Source: an uncultured Streptomycetaceae bacterium
Lineage (GTDB): Bacteria > Pseudomonadota > Gammaproteobacteria > Burkholderiales > SG8-41
Direction of reading: 5' to 3'
Assembly: GCA_964621335.1 (NCBI GenBank)
Contig: CAZULX010000442.1
Coordinates: forward strand, 1 to 28,508
Length of the DNA stretch: 28,508 nt
Of this stretch, positions 1 to 6,979 are shown piece after piece. The notes beneath the pieces were generated by a model that was not told the origin of the DNA, searched no databases, and was given only the letters and a program-made list of their open reading frames with translations. The position numbers and the translations under genes are program-made. The first letter of the stretch is position 1; every line of letters starts with the position of its first letter.

Positions 1-188
1 CGGCCGGGCTGCGTCAGTTCGACCTTGCGGCGCGTCCGGTTGAAGAGCGCCGTGCCCAGTTCCGCCTCCAGACCGCGGATCACCTGGCTCAGGGGCGGCT
101 GCGACATGTGCAGCCGCTACGCGGCGCGGCGAAAGCTCAGCTCCTCGGCCACGGCGACGAACTGCCGCAATTGGCGCAGGTCGATCAT
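1..188 (-). pseudogene. LysR-family transcriptional regulator, N-terminal HTH part (runs off window), in-frame TAG at codon 24
   Basis: Manual translation from ATG at 188: [61 protein letters not shown], a textbook LysR HTH. The stop codon is cta at 117-119 on the + strand. Confidence 0.9.
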
Positions 189-200
189 CGTCAGATACTA

Positions 201-1024
201 GGGCGTGTTAACAATCAAGCCAGCCACACGTAGGTGGTGGCAAGGTTGAGCATCGATAAGAAGTTCCGTGCAAGCTTTTCATAGCGAGTGGCGATGCGTC
301 GAAATTGCTTGAGACGATTGAACAGGCACTCGATGAGATGGCGTTCGCGGTAGGCATGGCGGTCATGGGCACGTTGAGCAAGGCGGTTCTTTCGGGAGGG
401 GATCACCGCCTGTGCGCCGGCGGCTTCGATGACAGCGATAAATGCATCGGAGTCATAACCTTTGTCTGCAATGACCTGTTCAGCGTCGATGCCGTCAATG
501 AGCGCAGGACCTTGTGTGATGTCATGTACTTCGCCGCCCGTCAAATGCCAACGCACAGGATTACCCAGCGCGTCGTTGGCCATATGAATCTTGGTGCTCA
601 ATCCCCCGCGCGAGCGCCCGATCGCTTGTGCGCCTTCTTTTTTTGGGCGCCGGCGGCATGCTGGTGGACGCGAACGATGGTGCTGTCCAGCATGAGTGAC
701 TGCAGATCAGCATCCGTGCCTACCGCTTCGACAACACGCTGCCACACGCCTGTCTTGCCCCAGCGCGAGAAGCGCGTCTACACGTTATGCCAGTTGCCCA
801 ACGACGGGGGAAGATCGCGCCACGGACTGCCGGTGCGCGCAATCCATAAAACGGCCTCTACGAATAGCCGGTTATCCTTCGCCGTGACGCCGCAGTCGCT
901 GGCTTTGCCCGGCAGCAGGTGCTCGATGCGTTCCCATTGGTCATTTCGCAGAACCTTTCGCATTGGCGCTGGCCTTTCCGGAAAGACCAGAATGTACCGA
1001 CATCGACCGATTGTGTACAGGCCC
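201..1024 (-). mobile_element. IS5-family insertion sequence (IS427-group-like), 824 bp
   Basis: Imperfect 16-bp terminal inverted repeats GGGCGTGTTAACAATC (201-216) and reverse complement of 1009-1024 GGGCCTGTACACAATC (13/16 identical). TA on both flanks (199-200, 1025-1026). Two-ORF DDE transposase inside. Confidence 0.88.
215..963 (-). pseudogene. IS5-family transposase (orfA/orfB joined by -1 frameshift), orfA broken by a premature TAG
   Basis: orfA: [18 protein letters not shown]...[11 protein letters not shown]...NWHNV*TRFSRWGKTGVW...LDSTIVRVHQHAAGAQKK, with TAG at 778-780 where homologues have Tyr. orfB frame: EGAQAIGRSRGGLSTKIH...ADKGYDSD...YRERHLIECLFNRLKQFRRIATRYEK. Slippery A-AAA-AAG at 637-643 links the two frames. 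Confidence 0.9.
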
Positions 1025-1028
1025 TAAT

Positions 1029-1541
1029 TCACCGTAGCAGCTTTGAGAGCGCGGCGAGCTCCGCCAGTGCGCCTTTCGCCGCGCGCTCGAGCGACTGTGC
1101 TGCCTGTTCCCCCTGTTCCTGATCTTCCTTGAAGCCATTTAGAGCTTCCTCCGCCTGCTCCTTCAGCTCGGCGTCGGACTCCAGGATCCGCCTTACCGCG
1201 GCTGTTTTGAGTACCGCAGCGACTTCGGCATCTGCGGCCGAACCCGCATCGTTGGCATTTTTCAGCTTCGCGGCTGCGGCCTCAAAACCGCTGCGCACAA
1301 GCTGCTGAAATTCGCCGACCACATCGTTCGCCATGGGGTCCGAAGCCGAAAGCTTGAAGCTCGTGGTCTCCGGCACGAGCAGCACTGTGCCGGGCGTAAG
1401 CTTTTTCAGGTCCACGTGCGGATTAAGCTTCTGCAACGAGTCAATGGCCGTTGCCGCTTTGTCTTCGGAGACGCGCTTCACCAGCAGCTGGTCTCTCAAC
1501 GTTTCGAGATTAGTGTCCTGTTTGATGACGAGCATGCGCAC
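1029..1541 (-). CDS. Hypothetical protein, N-terminal LysM-like motif plus helical/coiled-coil C-terminus; last eCIS operon gene
   Basis: 170-aa ORF, purine-rich RBS (AGGAGA) upstream. LQKLNPHVDLKKLTPGTVLLVP resembles the LysM core. C-terminal half is Ala/Glu/Lys-rich and helical. Confidence 0.7.
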   Translation of the reverse strand: MRMLVIKQDTNLETLRDQLLVKRVSEDKAATAIDSLQKLNPHVDLKKLTPGTVLLVPETTSFKLSASDPMANDVVGEFQQLVRSGFEAAAAKLKNANDAGSAADAEVAAVLKTAAVRRILESDAELKEQAEEALNGFKEDQEQGEQAAQSLERAAKGALAELAALSKLLR

Positions 1542-1572
1542 GGTTCATTCTCCTCGTTGAACGGCTCCACCC

Positions 1573-4500
1573 TCACGCGTGCAGATTCAAAGCATCCCAC
1601 GGCGGCTGAAGCCCGCCCGGAACGCTGATGCTGCCGGTCGTGATGTTACCGAGCACTGCAGCCGATTTCGTCCCGAGCACCTGTATCGAAAGGTCGCCGC
1701 CGCGCACGCGGTTGGCGCTCACGATCGCCACTGTGGTCGACAGTATGACGGCGATACTGGTGTTCGCCTGCGAGTCCACTTGATTATCGTTGAAGAGACA
1801 CTCGCCGGCCGCCGAAACCTGCGCGACCATGCCGCCGCGCGCGTTCAGCACGTTGCCAATCACGGAGCCGCGCGCCTGATCGATTCCGTCAGCAGCCGCG
1901 GCGACAGCTAGGCTCGCAACGTACGCGCGGCCGCCGCCCATTACGAGCACGCGGGTATTGTCCACGCGCAGCGTCGTGAGATTGCCGATACGCGCCAGGG
2001 GATTCCTCGGGTCGATATCGGCGGCGATCAATGCCAGCCGCGTGCCACCGACGGGCTGCGTAGAAGCTGACGTATCGCGCTCCACATGATTGTGGCTCAC
2101 CTCAAACTGCCTGAAAGGCGCGCGAAGCAGGATTCCCGCCACGACGCCTCCAAAATCACGCGGCGGCGCAATCTCGGTGACTTCGTTGCCACTCACGTGT
2201 GCTCGCATGACGCCCAGCGTGTGGATACCAGCGCAGAACGCGCCCAGTCTTGTCTGAGCACCGACGGTGCGGACGGTATTGCCGCGGATCGTCGCGGTAT
2301 CCGCGCGCCTAACGCCGATCGCGGCGACGGCCGTGTTGCGGCCTTCCACACTCGGCCCGATGTTTCGCAGATGATTGTTCTCGATGGAAACCGACGCCGC
2401 GCGCGCATTCTCGGTCGATACGATGCCGTTGCCGCAGTCTTCGACGATGTTCGACTTGACGATCAGCTCGCGGGTCGGTGCAGCGATCACGATACCGCCC
2501 TGCGAAAATCCGATCACCTGGTTCGACAGCACGTGGCACTGATCCGGACCGTTCCTGTCGAGGCCGCTCGCGACGGTAATTCCCGCAGTGGGCGGCGTGT
2601 CCGCTTGTTGCTCACGGGCGGAATTGACAAGCTTGTTGCCTTCCACCCACAGACCATCGACCCCACACCGGAAACCGCTGCCGGTAATATTGAACTGATT
2701 GCGGCTGACCCGCATCGATGAACCCGGAGCGCCCATGCCCAGCGCGCTCACAGCGAAGTCAGCGCAGCCGAATGCTTCGTTGCTGTCGATGCGCGTGCTC
2801 AGCATGTGCAGCACGTTGCCCGCAAGATTGATCCCCTGACGTCGGCACCAGAATGCGTTCCGTTCGATCGTGAGCGACGCTGCGAGCAGAAACCCTGCCG
2901 CAGATGCGTCGCCGCCCGGCGGGACTGCCACAGGATCGTTCGCCAGTACTCCGAAAGGCCCGATGATGAAGTTCTCCCGGATGGCCGCATCGGCTACCAC
3001 GCCTTCGAGCGAGATCGCCGCGCCGCGAGCGTCCTCACTGCCGAGCACGGCGAGCACCAGTTGCTTCAGCTCAAGGCCCAGTGCCGTGCGCACTGTTACA
3101 GCGGATTGGCGACCGAGTGATACGACGGAGAGGTTCTCCACCGCAACCGCCACACAGGCTTGCAACACAAACACGCCGCCCGGGCCTACGACAACGGTCG
3201 CCGGCCCCTGACCGCGTATGCGAACGGATCGGGTGTTCACGAGCCGCACCGGCTCACGCAGTGCGTACTGGCCACCGCCGAGACAAACGGTGCCGCCGTT
3301 CTCACGCACCTGATTCACCGCGTCCTGTATGGTGAACCGCCCGCTCGCGTGCGACTCGGCAGTGACGCACGCGGTGCAGCTGCAGTCTTGTCCTTCGACG
3401 CGTGGCGGCCATGGATGCCGGCAATCGGTTACCGTGCGCGCGCCCACATCCCAGAATCCGAGTCGTTCGTAATGGTGGTAAATGCCGCGCGGCGGCTCGT
3501 CGACGAGCGCTTCGACTGACGCATCCGCGGTGCGTGCGGCGAACACCCAGTGATCGCCGGCGCTGAATCCTTTGGCGCCGGCCGATGCGAAACGCACCGT
3601 TACCCCATTTTCGAGGATGAGTGTGGTGCCTGTCGGCGGCACATTGATCACGCCCCGCGTCCCCGTGGCGTCGAGGTCCTGGAACACCGAGGTCGCGCCG
3701 CCCGCGCCGGTCTGCAACACCTTGCGCTTTTGATCCCAGCGTCGAACGCGCAGGTTGCGGCTCGCCGGAAAGTCGTTGTCCGGGAATGCGCCGGGGAGCA
3801 TGTCGGCCGGCAGCGCACCATCGAACGTGATGCGCCGCACACCTTCCTTCACCGTGATCTGTCGCATCTCGCCGGCGCGCTGCGAGAGCTCCCGCACGTC
3901 GTCGGTGATCTCGACCCAGTCGCCGCTGTTCAAGCGCAGCACATCGTCACGGCCGAGCGTCTGCAGCTCGAGCTCGTTGCCTGAGATCATGCTGGCGATG
4001 CGGCTGCCGATGCTCGCGTTCTCGCGAGACCATTTAAATGTCGCGGTGCCGCCAGGCTGTCCGGGATCGTGGATCTCGACGCGATACGTCTGATTCTCCA
4101 AACCCCGATAGCCCCCGGTCGGGGGCAGCTCGCACGGATCCTCTTCGGGCGGCACCTCGAAGGTGCCCGTGGTGAGGCGTCCTGTGGACTGCGCGATCAG
4201 CTCCGCCCAGCCTTCGATGTCTTCATCATCCGCCTCGCACGTTGCGCTTCCCGCATCCGTATCGAGCACGCGCACCTGCCATACGGTCTGCAGGCGTGAG
4301 CTCGTCTCGACGCCGACCGCGAGTTCCACGAGACCGGGACGTTCGAGATGAGTGACTTCTCGCTGCCACACGTCGAGGTAGACGAGGTGTCTGCCGGCTT
4401 CGGGCAAAGGCGGCGGGACTGGCAAGTACGGCTGTGCGCCGTAGGCGATTGCATCGGCGAAGCTCACTTCCGCAAGGAGCGGGTCGAAGAGTTTCTTCGC

Positions 4501-4791
4501 CGGGTCCGTGGAGGAAGCGCCGTGGTTGTCGGCGAGTAAACCATCGACGTAGAGCCGCCCTTTTGCGATGGAAAGCGTCCCCGCCGCTACGCCGATCTTG
4601 AAGGCCTCCGGAGTCGTCGAGGGCACCGTGCTGCGGCCGAGAACGTCCGCGGCGAGCGCGCGCAGGCGTCGGTCCGTCAGCGCGACGTGCTCGTTGAAAT
4701 CGGAGTCGAGGACGACGCCGCCCTGCTTCAACTCGACGCCGGCGTAGTCGAGCAGTGGATTGACGCGGATTCTTGAAATGTCGGCACCCAT
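1573..4791 (-). CDS. DUF6519-domain protein with C-terminal right-handed parallel beta-helix (tail fibre/tailspike-like)
   Basis: N-terminus MGADISRIRVNPLLDYAGVELKQGGVVLDSDFNE, LYVDGLLADN, VYLDVWQREVT, YRGLENQTYRVEIH and FKWSRENAS match DUF6519 as recalled. C-terminal ~590 aa has repeated I.I..N.I / V..N.V beta-helix rungs. Confidence 0.8.
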   Translation of the reverse strand: MGADISRIRVNPLLDYAGVELKQGGVVLDSDFNEHVALTDRRLRALAADVLGRSTVPSTTPEAFKIGVAAGTLSIAKGRLYVDGLLADNHGASSTDPAKKLFDPLLAEVSFADAIAYGAQPYLPVPPPLPEAGRHLVYLDVWQREVTHLERPGLVELAVGVETSSRLQTVWQVRVLDTDAGSATCEADDEDIEGWAELIAQSTGRLTTGTFEVPPEEDPCELPPTGGYRGLENQTYRVEIHDPGQPGGTATFKWSRENASIGSRIASMISGNELELQTLGRDDVLRLNSGDWVEITDDVRELSQRAGEMRQITVKEGVRRITFDGALPADMLPGAFPDNDFPASRNLRVRRWDQKRKVLQTGAGGATSVFQDLDATGTRGVINVPPTGTTLILENGVTVRFASAGAKGFSAGDHWVFAARTADASVEALVDEPPRGIYHHYERLGFWDVGARTVTDCRHPWPPRVEGQDCSCTACVTAESHASGRFTIQDAVNQVRENGGTVCLGGGQYALREPVRLVNTRSVRIRGQGPATVVVGPGGVFVLQACVAVAVENLSVVSLGRQSAVTVRTALGLELKQLVLAVLGSEDARGAAISLEGVVADAAIRENFIIGPFGVLANDPVAVPPGGDASAAGFLLAASLTIERNAFWCRRQGINLAGNVLHMLSTRIDSNEAFGCADFAVSALGMGAPGSSMRVSRNQFNITGSGFRCGVDGLWVEGNKLVNSAREQQADTPPTAGITVASGLDRNGPDQCHVLSNQVIGFSQGGIVIAAPTRELIVKSNIVEDCGNGIVSTENARAASVSIENNHLRNIGPSVEGRNTAVAAIGVRRADTATIRGNTVRTVGAQTRLGAFCAGIHTLGVMRAHVSGNEVTEIAPPRDFGGVVAGILLRAPFRQFEVSHNHVERDTSASTQPVGGTRLALIAADIDPRNPLARIGNLTTLRVDNTRVLVMGGGRAYVASLAVAAAADGIDQARGSVIGNVLNARGGMVAQVSAAGECLFNDNQVDSQANTSIAVILSTTVAIVSANRVRGGDLSIQVLGTKSAAVLGNITTGSISVPGGLQPPWDALNLHA

Positions 4792-4810
4792 AATGTTCCC
4801 CGCTCTTCTC

Positions 4811-6979
4811 TTAGCTCGCGTAAAAGAGGCCCGCGTGCAGCCCGAACCGCAAGTATTCGTCCAGCCGGAGGCGCAGATTGGCTTCGCGCTGCGGCTGGGC
4901 GAGCGCGTGCATCACCCCGATCTCTCCACCGTCGTCGGCGCCTTCACGGACTACTTTGTGGGTCGCCGTGCGCAACTGCGCATAGCCGGGATCGCCGTAG
5001 TGCAGCGACGTGAAATGCGGCAGCGCGTCCGGGTGCCGTTCATCCGGCACGCAGCGAAAGCGCCTCGGCACGAGCGAACCTCTCGGAATGAAAGAGAAGC
5101 GCGCGCACCCGTTTTGTTTGCGCTCGATCCACACCGGCGCTTTCCACGCCGGATCGGCCGCGGCCAGTCGCGAGAAAAAAATCGTGTTGCTCGCCATGCG
5201 CATGAGGCGCACGTGCACCCTGCCGATCACCGTGCTGTCGCAGATGGAGAGCTCGGCGGCAGCCTCGCCGCCATTGATCCCTTCCAGGGCGACAGCATCA
5301 TCGGCGCCGCCATCGATGATCGACTCGATGATCCGCAGCTCGGCATCTGCGACGACGCGCAGACTGCCGACTATGCAGTGCTCGAGCGTCACGTTCGCAA
5401 AGCCATCGTTTACGATCAGGCTCGGCGCGCCCGGTGTCACCGCGCTGCCGTCGCCATTGAGCGCGAGTCCCGGCACCAGCGTGCAGTGACGCAGCACGAG
5501 CTCGCGCGGCTCGGAATCACCGCTGGCGGCGATCTCGAGCGCGCCGCCGCTGATGACAAGCCCTTCGAGGATGAGCGTGCCGCGCGTCCCGATCGCCAAG
5601 GTCATCGCTCCGCTGGCGGCAATCAGCGGCCGTGCTTCGTTGGCCGCCGTCACGACGACTTGAACGCCCGGCACTCCGTCGGCGGTAATGCCATCCACAT
5701 GAAGCGCCGGCGTTTCGCTGTACGTCCGGCTGTCTTCGATCACCAGTCGGCCGCCGCCTGCGATCGCATCGAAGTGCGGCTGCAGCGCTTCGCTGCCGCG
5801 TGCCACGCGCTGCGTCGCAAGCGCGCCGCCACTCAAACTGCGCTCGTACTCGCCGCCGCCAATAGGTCGCGAATACCCGTAGTGATAAGTCCCGAAAAAC
5901 GGATTGGACATGTGCTCTGCGGCGCGGGCGCTTCCGAGCACGACACGACCACGCTCCGGATCGATCAGGATGTCCTCGGCGAGTGCGCTCGCTTCATGCG
6001 CCCAGCCGCTGACGACGCCGCCGGAGACCAGCACGTCGCGCAGATCGGCAATGCGCATTTCAGGACTTGCGGGCGACGGCGGATCGCCGGCTGGCACCGC
6101 TGGACCCGGCCGATTGATCGGCACGACGGTCCCCGCCCGCCGCAGCACCAAGCTGCGGCCCGCGCCGTAGTCCTGCGTCTCGCTCACCACGTCGGTCGTG
6201 TCGTGCGCCTTGCGAACTTGCAGCGCGAGATCGCGCACGCGTAGGCGCTCGGGAACGTTGGCAGGCTCCGCGATGTGCGAGATCACGGTTTCGCTCACCG
6301 GTAGACGGAACAGCGCCTGGTCCGCGCCAAGCGGATTGAAGCGAAACCTGCGACCCGTCGTGTCTAGCGGATCGGGAATCAGCGGTACGTTGGTGAGCGA
6401 GAACGGCTGCAGCCGCCACAAGAACAAACCAATGTTGCGAATGTTGTAACGACCCGATCCGGCTTCGGGACGTCGCATCTCGGGCGTGTGGGCTGTGCGA
6501 TTGAAAGGGCCCCCGGCGTGCAGCATATCGGGCGCGGATCGAATGTTTGCGGTTCCCAAAGAGTGCAGCCGCGGATGGTTCATGTACTGTGTCACCGCGA
6601 GCTGCTCGAAGAACTCCACGGCGCGCGGGGGCCATTCCGTGACGTCTCGCGCCAGCTGCTCGAGCATGGCCGCCGTGCCTTTGCGCCGGCGATACGCGAT
6701 CGTATTCGCCACTTCCGCGCGCGGCGATGCGACGCGGGCGGTGACGCCGTGGAGCGGCCGATAGCCGATGAGGTCGCCGATATACGGCGCGACCCATTCG
6801 GCGCACGTCTCGATGAACTGGTCGTCGTAGAGCTGCTCGATGTTTTCTTCGAGCGCCTGGAATTCCTTTGCGATGAGCGCGAGGAGGGCACGCAAAGGTT
6901 CGCCTTGCGCCGCGTCGCGGATGCGGTAGACCGACGGCAGCAGTCGGTACAGTGCTTCGGCGTCCAGGCTCGCGCTCAT
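4811..6979 (-). CDS. Baseplate wedge / P2 tail protein I-like protein with beta-helix-like C-terminal region
   Basis: LYRLLPSVYRIRDA...LYDDQFIETCAEWVAPYIGDLIG...RRKGTAAMLE is typical of eCIS phage-tail (Tail_P2_I-like) proteins. Ends LRLRLDEYLRFGLHAGLFYAS. ATGA overlap with upstream gene. Confidence 0.75.
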   Translation of the reverse strand: MSASLDAEALYRLLPSVYRIRDAAQGEPLRALLALIAKEFQALEENIEQLYDDQFIETCAEWVAPYIGDLIGYRPLHGVTARVASPRAEVANTIAYRRRKGTAAMLEQLARDVTEWPPRAVEFFEQLAVTQYMNHPRLHSLGTANIRSAPDMLHAGGPFNRTAHTPEMRRPEAGSGRYNIRNIGLFLWRLQPFSLTNVPLIPDPLDTTGRRFRFNPLGADQALFRLPVSETVISHIAEPANVPERLRVRDLALQVRKAHDTTDVVSETQDYGAGRSLVLRRAGTVVPINRPGPAVPAGDPPSPASPEMRIADLRDVLVSGGVVSGWAHEASALAEDILIDPERGRVVLGSARAAEHMSNPFFGTYHYGYSRPIGGGEYERSLSGGALATQRVARGSEALQPHFDAIAGGGRLVIEDSRTYSETPALHVDGITADGVPGVQVVVTAANEARPLIAASGAMTLAIGTRGTLILEGLVISGGALEIAASGDSEPRELVLRHCTLVPGLALNGDGSAVTPGAPSLIVNDGFANVTLEHCIVGSLRVVADAELRIIESIIDGGADDAVALEGINGGEAAAELSICDSTVIGRVHVRLMRMASNTIFFSRLAAADPAWKAPVWIERKQNGCARFSFIPRGSLVPRRFRCVPDERHPDALPHFTSLHYGDPGYAQLRTATHKVVREGADDGGEIGVMHALAQPQREANLRLRLDEYLRFGLHAGLFYAS

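Noticed and set aside
117-780. Two in-frame TAG codons close together suggesting amber recoding
   Set aside because: They replace different residues (Glu/Gln-type position versus Tyr), and TAG is a real stop for the bEBP (26853) and SRAP (28364) genes. Ordinary nonsense mutations explain them.
4760-6244. 494-aa plus-strand ORF (also 9867..11153, 11163..12248, 17509..19164 and the other long + ORFs)
   Set aside because: Antisense shadows of well-supported minus-strand genes in GC-rich DNA; no recognisable motifs.
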